From contig OZ037765.1 of assembly GCA_964035545.1 (NCBI GenBank), forward strand, positions 28,271,504 through 28,335,503: a stretch of DNA of 64,000 nt, given 5' to 3'. The translations under genes were made by a program, and so were the position numbers. The notes beneath the pieces are model-generated. The model saw only the letters and a list, made by a program, of their open reading frames with translations. It had not been told where the DNA came from and did no database searches. Source of the DNA: Bugula neritina. Its lineage: Eukaryota; Animalia; Bryozoa. How positions within the stretch are numbered: the stretch's first letter is position 1; each line of letters opens with the position of its first letter. Shown in pieces: positions 1 to 12,000 of this stretch.

Positions 1-209
1 TTCTCTAACAGTAACACTTACACTAACTCCAAGACTAAGAGCAAAGCCAAAGGCAAATGTAAGGTTTAATTAAAATCAAGCACCTCCATCTTCAACTAAT
101 AAAAAGAATCACAACTGAACAACTTTCAATAAGTAATTTAATAGGTGTATGATGGCCATAAAAAATTATTAATATGCTAACAGTTATAGAACAGTCTCCA
201 ACCTCTTAC

Positions 210-279
210 CTGAATAAACTTTCAGTTGCTTATCTTTTGTGTCTGTGGCTGGAATCGCCTTGATCAAACGTAAATACAT
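210..279 (-). CDS. Putative first coding exon of an unidentified gene running off the left edge
   Basis: ATG at 279, open frame MYLRLIKAIPATDTKDKQLKVYS, then a strong donor CAG|gtaaga (phase 1). It lies divergent from the CpG-containing promoter-like region at ~360-540. No family recognised. Confidence 0.4.
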
Positions 280-359
280 TATAGCCTTAGTAACATGAAA
301 GATCTTTTATAATAAATAAAAAAATAAAAATTGTATACAAATCAGTATAACGTATATTA

Positions 360-540
360 TTTCTTAGGCGCCCGAGCTAAAACTAATTGACCAAATGCGG
401 CTTATGATTGGCTCAACATCGATTTTATGGTAATAATGTAAATGGCGGCCTTCATTAGTAACAACGGTTGCAGCTTTATCATATTTATATAGTTATACAA
501 CGAAAAATACTCAGACTGATATGTTGATCTACGTAGTCTT
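360..540. promoter_or_regulatory. Putative bidirectional promoter
   Basis: Local CpG enrichment in an AT-rich background, an ATTGG (CCAAT box) at ~407-411 and a YY1-like AAATGGCGGC at ~440-449. It sits between the minus-strand exon and the SMIM4 locus. Confidence 0.4.
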
Positions 541-599
541 ATGCTTACAGAATATCACTTTAATTATTAAAAATTCTAAAAAAATATATGAATGATAGA

Positions 600-1450
600 T
601 AATAGTAGCCGGCTGTAGTACTAGTAGTAGTACTAATAGTAATAGTAATACTGTAATACTAATACTAATAGTAATACTGTAATACTAATACTAATACTAA
701 TACTAATAGTAATAGTAATACTAATAGTAATAGTTATAGTAATACTAATAGTAATAGTTATAGTAATACTAATAGTAATACTTATACTTATAGTTATACA
801 GTTATACTATAATACTAAATACTAATACTATACTAATACTAATAGTAATACTAATACTATAATATACTAGTAATAGTAATACTAATACCAAGTTGAAGTC
901 CAATGGCAATGCCAATAGCCATAGCCCATTACCATAGACAATCGGCATAGCAATAGTAATACTAATACTAGTAATTCTACTCAGTCTCACCGTGACAGCG
1001 TCAGCATGACCGTCATCATCATATCATGATGATGATGATGACAAATATCTTCACCATGAACAATTTCAAGTGAGCACTGGACATGGTCATCATTATGATT
1101 ATGGTTATTCCTTGTTTATGTAATGATAATGATTATTTTTTAATGATTGTGATAAATCATTATGATGATGAGTATGAAGTATAAGTATTACTATTACTAT
1201 TAGTATTAGTGTAACTGTAAGTATAAGATTAAGTTAGTATAAGTTAAAATATAACTAATAAGTAATAACTATCAGTATTACTATGGCTATCATTAACATA
1301 TTCAGTGTCATTATGATAAAGTGACTCTGATCATATTTATATAATTGTAATGAAGTTATACTCAATGATATTGAGTTTGATGATATTATAATTACATTGA
1401 GTTTTATAATCACAAGTGACAAGGATAGTGACAATAATAATTATTATAAA
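600..1450. repeat. Low-complexity ACTAAT/AGTAAT tract with 6-bp TNA periodicity
   Basis: Pure (AGTAAT/ACTAAT)n at 630-890 grading into variable hexamers, e.g. 1181-1234 ataagt attact attact attagt attagt gtaact gtaagt ataaga ttaagt. Confidence 0.85.
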
Positions 1451-1625
1451 TAATTATAAGAACCAGGAGGTTTATATTAATTATTTATTATTGCTGGCCT
1501 AACTTCAAACCTGTGTCTAAGCCCAATAATAATGTTGAAATAATGATTGTGTTTCGGTTTAAATAAAAATGATGCCTTAATGTTATAAATGACTTGTTTT
1601 ATTGATTTCTAGCAATGGTTATGAC

Positions 1626-2430
1626 ATGGTAAAACGGCCATATACTTCCTCACTTAAAAACAGGTTAGGTGTATACAGATTCCTGCCGCTCTTCTTCGGT
1701 TTAGGATGTGCATTGGAATTTACTATGATTAATTGGAGAGTTGGGGAAATAAATTTCTGTAAGTAAACAAGTAAAATTGTCTGTTATCTACGCATTATTC
1801 ATTGTTTCTTTTTGCAAACTATGAAGTACTTGCAATTATGTTAAATATTGTTTTTAAAATTTATAAATGTTTTTGCCAATAAAATAATTTTTTTTCATAA
1901 TTTTAGACACAGTGTTCAAAAAGAAACAAGCAGAAAGAGAAGCCGCTAGGCGATTTTCAATCCGATCTCCAGAAAGTGAAAATTTGCAGTATGTTATTTT
2001 ATGTTTTCTGTAACAATAGTTACTTGCTTAAGTTCTAACACAATTGTTTCAATGATCAAATTCTTTCTGGTGCCAACTCATTTAAGATCAATCTGCTCTA
2101 AATGGCGTAATTGTCTAATCTCTTTGTATTGATTTACCAATTACAATTATTGCACTACACTGACTTTGTGTAAACAGATTTTATGTGTTATGTTAATTAC
2201 CTCTTGTCAATTTTATATGCAGGAAACAATATGTTAGTTTTTGATGTTTTGATATGCTTTGATAATAATTAGTAGCATTGTTTTAGAATTCCTAGTATTG
2301 CAAGCCAAGTAACAATGTCTACCTTGCCAAATATATTTATATTCTATTTTATTTATTGTATAATATGTTGGAAACGTTTTCATCAAACTTTCATTTCAGT
2401 GAAAGTGATACTCAAGAAAAAGGCACGTAA
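1626..2430 (+). CDS. SMIM4: Small integral membrane protein 4 / ubiquinol-cytochrome c reductase complex assembly factor 5 (sloth1-like); exons 1626-1758, 1907-1988, 2400-2430
   Basis: Spliced translation MVKRPYTSSLKNRLGVYRFLPLFFGLGCALEFTMINWRVGEINFYTVFKKKQAEREAARRFSIRSPESENLHESDTQEKGT* matches the SMIM4 signature (G-x-YRFLP-x-FF-x-LG..E..MI..RVG...FY..). GT-AG introns with consistent phases. Not in the supplied ORF track. The start could lie in an upstream exon. Confidence 0.88.
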
Positions 2431-2487
2431 ACCTACAGGACATAAGTTTGCCGCTTGACTTGTTGGGAGAGTACCTCGAAACAAAGA

Positions 2488-2715
2488 ATGCCCTACGGCG
2501 TAAGTTGGGGCGAATACGTCCGGTTTTTTACTGCTGCTTGCCTAGCCATGGCTGCAGGGTCTCAAACAGTTCACCTTATATATAGACCTCTGGATGGTAT
2601 GGAAAAGATGATAGAAGACAATGAGAAAAAATTAATTGAACATCAAACCAAACTGGTACAGAAGTCTTCTGAACTGCAAAAACAAACTTTACAAGAGTCA
2701 AGTAGAAGTAGTTGA
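2488..2715 (+). CDS. UQCC6: BRAWNIN / C12orf73 / UQCC6 (sloth2-like) complex III assembly peptide, 75 aa
   Basis: MPYGVSWGEYVRFFTAACLAMAAGSQTVHLIYRPL matches the family motif MP-x-GV...Y......LAM-x-AG...VH..YRP. The ATG at 2488 is the true start (the ORF track begins at an upstream TTG). Confidence 0.9.
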   Translation: MPYGVSWGEYVRFFTAACLAMAAGSQTVHLIYRPLDGMEKMIEDNEKKLIEHQTKLVQKSSELQKQTLQESSRSS

Positions 2716-3049
2716 GAAAATATTGTAACATTTATTATCAAATATCCTTTTATGTTAATGGGTAAAGAGGAGGAGCTGTTTCATTTTAGCAAATCTGTTA
2801 CCTATTTATACATCATGTGTGTCTGCCAGTTCACTAATTCTGGAAATTTATTCAGGCATTTCAGTAAACTCTAGTTATACCAACTGTTATAACATTAAAC
2901 CTGTAATGCTCTGAATAACTATAAGGGATTTATTTGATGAAAAAATATTGATTTTTAAAACAAATATATAATATATTAATACATTGATTGTATTTTGCTT
3001 TTGAAGCTGTTCCAAGATTTCTGTATGTTTTTTGGAGAATTGGCTCTTG

Positions 3050-6000
3050 TCAGGCTATACTTTGGGAGCTGAACCTAAAGAAAATAAACATCATCATGTC
3101 TATTACTAGTATAACATATGTGTTAGAATCGCTGTCTTTTTGGGGTTTACCAGAAGAAATCACAAAAGTTTAGTCCTGAAGACTGCAGTAATGTAATTGA
3201 AAAGGCTGACGCTAGTAACAGGCGGAGTTTTATGCTAGCTTCAAGCTGTTTACCTTATTTACATTTAGGATGATGTTAGGTAACAATATGCTCCTATCAC
3301 GGAATATTATAGTGACTAGTTTGCTAAAAAATGTTTCTGCTAATGTTAGCTGCCAATAGTCGTATACATCATGTATAAAAAACATTTACTTCTTAAAATG
3401 TATCAACAAGTGAGAATAGCAATCTGGTCACCATAACAAGAAAATGATGTAGTGAGGTGATGTAGGCACTGAAATGATTTCAATTCAGCAAATATAGCAG
3501 TTCTGTGATGTTCCCCAATTTCATAGTAAATATAAACCACTTACGCTTGATTCAAGTTTTTTACCTGCTTTGATTGTTTAGGCCAATATTCTGCCCATAT
3601 ATCACATCTTCTTCGTCACTAATGATCTGATTCTCTAAAACAGTGCAGGTCACATATAATCATCATGAAATACTGCTGGACACATGAGGTTTCTAAAACA
3701 GTAGCACATAGTCCAATCAAACATGTGGAGATAGACATATGTGAAGATTTTGTAATTATGAAAGAAACCTTATATTTTGACTTTCATTAATTGAGGCTTT
3801 CGACTAAAGTCTGAACCAAGGGACATAAATCACATATAAGGAATGGAGCAATGCCATAATTGCACTTGCATGTCAAGAAAGCACTACAAAATCAGCTTCT
3901 GCTAGGGCGAGATAGATTTCATGGTTTTTAAAATTATTACCAGAAAATCAGTAATCACAATTTTTATATACCTTTTACTAGCCAACACCAACTAATGAGT
4001 GAAGATTTAATATTTTGAACTTAACTAACTAGTATACTATGGGCTAATAATGTTTCTTGTGATATTCAAGCTTGCACCTGCAAATTAGCCATAGGCATTT
4101 TGCTTTCTAGTCATCGAGCGCTTTACACTCGGTAATTCCTTTCCCTTACAACCTGAAAGACTGTTATACCCTCGCGGTTAAAGTCTCTATAGTTAATTTT
4201 TTTTGTTAAAGTGTCTTTTTTATCAGAAACAGTACTAAGTTATAATGCACACAGATTTTTTTAGACAACGTTTTGAACTGTCTTAATTTACAAAAGAAGC
4301 TACAAAAAATTTATACTGTATTAACATGAAACTTAATTTATTTATATCTAAATACAATTAATAAGGTAAGCTGTTCATGCCTTTTAACTTTTGATTTCAA
4401 TTCTAGTATGTGTAGCTTTCAACTACATTGAAACTTATGAAATCATTTGTGACAATTAGCTAATGCAATTATCTATTAAACAACTGTTTTAATACATAAT
4501 GTACCAGCCTAAACATATGGCTGTAGCAATAATAATGGCCAGCAGAATTGCAAAGCTCTATGTGTACAGTTGTGAGTATACTCACTGAATTTATGGAATA
4601 TGTGTATTCCAGTTCAATAAGTATACTTATCAGGCTAGCTGTATTTTTTGTTTTCATTACTGTTTCAAATTTCCCTTTATAATAAAAGATTAGGTTATTT
4701 GAAACGTAAGGTTATTTCTCCTCAATTTTTCAGTAATTGGTGCAAATAAGCATGTTGAGTAGATGTGACCATATTCTCTTTATGAAAACTGGAATAACTA
4801 GTTATCTGGGCTAACAGATGTTGAAAATAATTTTACACATCTCAAATACTTGTTACAAATTCCTATAATCACTGTATGATTATATCAGCCAGAATTTGCA
4901 CTCGTGAGCTAGTACTTTTTATAGCCATCAAGTGCTACTTACAGGTGCAAAACAGTAAACATACCAAGTAAGTGTCTGTTGCTAGCTCTGGATACTGTGT
5001 AAGAAGCTAAAGGGTCAGGAGAAGCTGCTCGGTTTGGAATACTTGGCTGAAATATATAGTAGGCTATACTTAATATCTATGCAAGATTCTGCAGCACCAC
5101 CGATATAAATCATTGTTCTATTTTTTATAGTTTACGATATTTAAGAATCGAAATGACAATAAGAAAGCATTATACACTTGCCTAGAATAACATTTTACAT
5201 GGAAAGATTTTGAACACCCTTTTTTATCATTTAAAGCTTGAGTTTCACTTATTATATCTATCTTTAGCAAAAAAAGAAAATCCAAAATAATCCAAAAGAG
5301 TTAAACACCGCAAAAATAACCGCATTTATCAAAAGGTGTAGATTTTTGCAGAGTTAACTTTAGGATTTAAGGCAGAAAATGGTTTGCAGATAAACAAAAA
5401 CATTAAACCCTGTGGATTTGTGTAAAAAAAACTCCTATTGAACACTTTTCGAATGACCATATGACAGGGTTGCCAAAGTATACTGCAGCCATCCGATTTT
5501 GGCAGTTTCATACTTTTACAACCTATCGCAGTAAAAAAATGTATATTTTTATAGTTCCCAATTGCTTAAAATTCACAACTTGTATTGTGTTGAAAAACGA
5601 GCCTAAAATTTAGTGCACTGCAAAAATAGATTTTATAAATAGAAATAAATCTGGCTAAAAAAGCACCATTAATTTTTGTGTTTTAAGATAATTTTTTATA
5701 TTGCATAATATTTTTTGTAAGGCATTAGAATTTTTTTGTCTGGTGCACATAACTGGGCAATAGTTCACGGCTTACCAACACAGGGCGACGATTCCCAGTT
5801 TTAGAAGGTCCTGCCTAAAATAGAATATCTAAAGTCAGTAAATTTATAACCGGAATATAGATAATTAATAATAACAAATAAGTTTGTTTTATATATAAAA
5901 AAAGCTATGAGATTTATTCCTTTGTATGCAGTCTGTGTAGAGAATCTACAGCATGTAGGTAAAATACAATACACTTAGTTGATAATACACAATATACACA

Positions 6001-9000
6001 TGTAGATGATAATAATAAACAACAGTTTACTATATTATTTCAAAAACAGCAAAATACTACAATTCATTTTTCTCTCTTAGGTGAATGATATCTTTATTGC
6101 AGCATTTCATAATATTATTTTTTTTCTTACTTTAGTTGTAGAAATATTTGCAAAACATGATAATCTTAGGTCATTGTATGAAGATATAACTCTGTATTAG
6201 AAACATATTTCAATCAATATTATGACATGCTCTGAAGACACATCACTTAGGTCATGACCTTTAGAGTAAATAAACTATTACCATTGCATAAAATAATGTC
6301 TTTAAGGCAACTTTTACAATTACTTTTACATAACAATGCTTTTTAACTTTTGCTAATATACAAAGTTTTTGGCTTTAAGTACTAAAAATTATTTGCTCAC
6401 TGTGTAACTAATTGTAGCCTGACGTAAAGCAGTGTGCTGCTTCTCCAAATGCTGCCGAAGATAACTCTCATCCTTCAAAGCATACAGACTAAAAAGAGTA
6501 ACATTTGAACAATCATCTAACAGAAAACAGTGTAGTATTAGCAGATACTATTTTAATCCTAGTATTGCTTAGTAACACTTAATAATTGCCATGACTGTAT
6601 AACATCTGATAATATCTAATGTATATGCATCAGCAAATCTTATGCTTCAATATAATTATTACATGGATATTAATTAACATCTGGTGGCACTAATAAAGTT
6701 TGATAAATAAATTATCAAAATTTACAAGCTCTTCAAAAATTTGCTATATATTATAATTTATATATACAGGTAGCATTTAAAATATTTTACCAAAGATTTA
6801 TACAGCGTAATGGTATACTTCAATTTTAATATTCAATTTTAGCTGCTATCCAACAATATTTAATATAACTAGTGACTAACCCATTATATTATACATGGTT
6901 CACATGCTTTGAGTATGTTGGTTCCTTTGTTAAAGAGAAGCAATTATCTAAATGTAATATATTTATGTTATAGTGTTATTTGTAATTTGTATATTTACAA
7001 ACAATTTAATCGCTGGAAGTAATGCTAGTGGACTTACCTTGCTTGAAGTATGGTAAACTTCTTTTCCCAAGCTCTGTTAATTCTTTCAATTTCTTTCCTT
7101 AATCTGTGTAAGAAAAATTAATAGCTTCTTAAAATCAATCTTATGTATGCATGCTAGAGTTATTGTTGCAAACTATTTTAATGATAAGTAATTTAAACAA
7201 CAGAATCGAAATTTTCATGTAAGCTGTTTACTTTTCAACATGAGCCCGCAACTCCCGTTCGCTTTTCACTAACTCATCGAAATCTGTCTCTGGCGCCTGT
7301 ACAACAGCCTTTGGAGGAGTAGCCTGTGGTCTCTCACGTTCCTAGTAAAATAAATTGTTTCTTAGAATATACAAGTTTCTATATTCATTGAAGTGTGCAA
7401 CAATAAAACACAACAAAAAGAGTACTATTTCTCTTTCTAATATACAACAGCCATTATACACCACACAGTAATAATGTATAACTATTAATATCTAATTATT
7501 CGCCTTTTATCGTGGGAATAATGTGCAAAACAGCTTCAAAGACATTTAACCTTTTTTTTCAAAAGTAAAAGTTGAGAAAGAATCAGCCAAACAACCAAAC
7601 ATAGATACAGTAGAAGATGGAACACAGGAAATTAGAACATAAGAATGAAAGATGAACTGGCAGTAGAAGTAAGTAAAGACATACAAAAGACAGAAGTTGA
7701 TGAGAAGTATTTGGTTCCTTTATATTTAATGTTTTGATCATTTTCTCTGGTTTGGTGTTAATACTTGTAAATTTAGGGATGCTTTGTAAGTCTTCCAGTA
7801 TTTCTTGTTTATAATGTTGCACTTCTGAAACTTTTGCTTTTACTGGAGATCCTTTTTTTAATTCTGCTGATTGAAAAGATTTTATGGGGTACTCAGACCT
7901 TGTTTTGGCAACATTTTTTGTCTTTTCTGGTAGATTTATTATTTTCATATTAACTTTTCGAGACTCATTCAAGTTTTTGCTGTTGGTTTTAGCTAGAGAA
8001 CCAGTATTTAAATTAAACATCCCTTCCTCTGGTTCATTTTCAGGACGCAACGACACCATAAATTTCATCTAAAATAGTTTTGCACAAAATTTTACAACTT
8101 TTAAAAAGTGGTATGTATTTAAATAAACAAAATTTTTGTGTGTGCTTATTCACAGCACATGCAATCTTGACCATATTATGCTTTGAAAAGAAAGCTGAAG
8201 CTATGAAGTTTATAAACATGGATCACCACTCTGATGTAATAGACCTCATACAATTATTCTTTAGAATAGAATTCAAACTTGAAACACAATTAATTGAGAA
8301 CAACGAATACCTGCACTTGCTGTGAGAAATTTGTAGTGCTGTCTTGTGTTTTGCTATGTATCCCTCTTTTCTATACAATTGATTCAATATATTGAATAAT
8401 TATTATTTCACAAGGTATGGCATAGATATGATGTATCAAGACTGCTATATAATGTAAGTTATAAACCCAACTAGGCAGGGCTGTTGTATATAATATTAGA
8501 ATTACATCATTTATATTTATAATATAACATTAACACTATAGCTGTTGTTTAAACTCATTTTGAAAATTGAATATTAATTCACAGTTGATTTTAAAATGGC
8601 AACAACTGCAAGACAGAAATAGTATATCTGCAAGATACCATGACAGTGTGTATAGTTTTAATTTAAAATCAAAGAAGGCGCAAATATAATGAGTCAGCAG
8701 TAATAATTTGTATCTAAACAGTAAGTTGCAAAGAGTAAGTTGTAAGGAGTAGCTAGATTCTTAATTACCTAGTTGATTGGAGAAGAGGAAGATACAAAAT
8801 TAGAATTGACAAATTTCTACAATTGCTATTTAGTCTGTAAATACTAGAATATTTATTTAAAATCTCAAAAGAATGTTTTGTTTCAATTGGCTAATTAAAC
8901 ACAGCAGACTAAGTTATCTGCAGCTTACCTCAGAGTTAGAATGATGGACCTGTAGGAAACAAGCTATCAGGGCACAATGTTATTTATAAAAAGAAAGTTA

Positions 9001-12000
9001 TACTTCAAAATTTAATAACACAATTTAATGCTAAAATTTAAAACGAGTTAGTATAATGCTAAGCTTAACCATCACGGGAGCTGTAAAATAAATTTTCTGG
9101 TAATGAAGATATGTATATAGAAAGATGGTATAATATTGGGAGTAAAAGTAGATACAATATTGAATAGCAAAATGCTAGTATATGCATGATGCAACTTGAT
9201 GAAAAGACAATGAGCTGATAGATGTATAGATGCATTTGAACGGTTCAAAAACTATTAAAGTGTTTCTGTAATATTATGGAATATTATGGTTGCGGATGAA
9301 GTGGATTATATTATGTTAACGAACACGAGCAAGTATTGTATTTAACATGGCGATAACTTTATTCAAACTGAAGGCAACCTTGACCTAATAAAAGCGTAAC
9401 GATTATGTTGATAGGCAAAAGTTTCTTCTAAAATCTAAGCTGACAGTCGGATAAACCAGCATAACAATATATTAAACACGTGTATCTCGTCTAACTTAGC
9501 ACTCTATGGGTTTCAATAACAGCAGTTCTAGACTATACTTTAAGACAAGGTCACGTTTTAATCAACACAATTACAAAATATACTTTAGAGGATAACAAGT
9601 AAACCTCTTTATAACATCATATCTATAATTACACTATATACTAATACAATAGTATGTTAATGTGTATAGAGTATTACTTGAAACAGCTGCTGCTCCAGTC
9701 GCTCTTTCTCCTTCATCAGCTCACCTATTCTCTGAGCAAACTCTGCCTGCATCTCTCTCATTTTCTGTCCTGTGGCCCCCAGAGCCTGGAAAGGAAATTG
9801 TATTGCATTACCTCAAGCAGCACTATATTTCCATGCTATAGATCAGGGCTGTCCAACAGGCGGCTCCAGGGCTGGATGTGGCCCCCAGCCTACATTTATG
9901 TGCCCCCCCCTACAATGTGGCCCTGGAATATTCCCTTTAAGTGGCCCTCAATCTGAAAAGGTTGGACACCCCTGCTACAGATTAAACTTTACGAAACAAT
10001 GCATGCAATGCACTTGTCACTGATTAATTGATATATTTATGAGAAAATATTGTAATCCTTACATTTGTAAAAGATCAAATAAAAAGATATAGTTGTATAT
10101 GCATTATTCAATTTTATAGAAATATTATTTTGAATAGCAAATTTTGTATTGTAATGAAAATTGTTACGTATGAAGCTGTATATGTCCAACGGTGTATAAG
10201 TTTCATGCATGTAAATTATTGCTAGCAGAGTACATTAATATACAATGCATACTACAGAATTCTAATATAACTATGGATGATGTAAACTAAGGAAGTAGAA
10301 AAGAGATACTTGAGTTGCGTAACAGATTATATGAAGAGGTAACAAACAGGTATTAGCAGATATTAGTAGATGTTATGAGTACAAAATGCTAAGATATATA
10401 AGAACTGGTAAAGTTTGAGAGAATAACAGTGATGAATGGTGCTGTGACTTGGAGACCTGTAAAAGAAAGGGTGAAATATGTTAGATGAAAATGAAATAGA
10501 TCTGTCTAATATGAAAGTGAAGAGGTTATTGGCTGACGATATTTAAATTAACCTCTTCTCGGGCTTTTCTAGCCTTTTCTTCAGCTGCTATTTCCATTTC
10601 CTGTCTCTGTTTTTCTAACTGTAAAGATTCACAACAAAAGTGAGAGAACTTTATGACTTTAACCAACTGTTACCAAGAACAGCTGTTTTTATAAAATTAT
10701 GACACTTTGGTTAGTTTAATTCATAAGACACACCGGATAATAGAATATAAATGGCATATAAATAAATACACTGTAAATAATTTGTGCATATACATATTCA
10801 CTACAGAATAACTAGAATAATAAATAATACAGATAAGTAAAATAAAGCGAACTAAAATATTGTGTTCTACACTACATTGCATTAAAAGAAAGGTGAGGAA
10901 ACTCCACTAGAATGTGCAGGAGCAACAAGTAAGGTTAATCTAATTTTACTCTCTGCTGTTATATTACTGAGCAGAACAACCTACCATCTCCTACTATTGT
11001 AAATAAAACTACAAAGCTTGCACGTAGCTGAAAACTTAGATTTTCTTATCAAACAAATTTTTATAACCGCGGTTTTTTATTTATAATAAAGTTACTATAA
11101 TAGATATAAATCATTTTCAAATATTGTATATCGTATATAATTTATATAAAATACTTCATTTGCACATGTACATTATCTAATAATGACAGCAAACATAAAT
11201 AGAAATCCTTCTGATAATTTTCTTAATGAACAAGGCTTTGTTAGACAAGCACGTTTTAAGCGTAATTGAGTTACTAGCTGTAATAATTTGATATATATGT
11301 CGATTAACAAAGCAAATCACAAAAACATTATTAAGCCATTTCACGCATATTTTTTAAGCATCAAAACTTATATCAGTGCTGCAAACTTGGCTCGCACTGC
11401 GACATCATTTTTATTAAAGCACTTTACTGGACGCTAAAAATAATTTATTCTGGTTGATTTAATTTTTTCTCATATTTACACATATTTATCTCTTGATTGC
11501 ATTGTACAAGATGTGTAGTAGTAAAACTGCTTGCTAAATTCTTGGCAGCGATAGAGGTGTTAGCACAGCTCAACTAAATGTTAAATTAATGTAAAACTTG
11601 TAACTGCGTCTATTACAGCTGCATATAAGCAAAATGTGTGACTGCTTGGTCAACCTTGTTATAATTGGCAACAATTGTGAAAGAATGTTTATACTTACAT
11701 CTGAAGTCATATCTTTCTACAGTATTGCAATGTTACAAGATGTTAAACTGTGACAATGAAAGCTATACAAAACTTTTATATTTCACTTTTACATAATTCA
11801 GATGTCATTTTTGCTAAGCCAGACCCAACTAACAGTCATCAATGTAGAGAATAATCTGGAATACAACAAAACAAATTAATGAAATATTATCACACTTTAT
11901 AGTAAGCATTTTATTACCAGTCTCCTAGCCTCTGATGAGCTTTTTTCAGCTTGACTTTTCATTTCTGCTAACTCCATTGCTAGCTGCAACAAATTATTTG

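Noticed and set aside
802-990. Hydrophobic ORFs with alternating residues (also 17651-17893)
   Set aside because: By-products of the 6-bp periodic tracts, not credible membrane proteins.
2428-2490. SMIM4-BRAWNIN fusion by stop readthrough or an alternative acceptor
   Set aside because: Two in-frame TAA codons; the only frame-joining AG (2470-2471) lacks a pyrimidine tract.
5160-5760. Possible old DNA-transposon fragment
   Set aside because: No convincing TIR pair or TSD could be defined by eye.
9070-9080. Possible 11-nt microexon
   Set aside because: Not frame-preserving between phase-0 neighbours; probably chance splice-like motifs.
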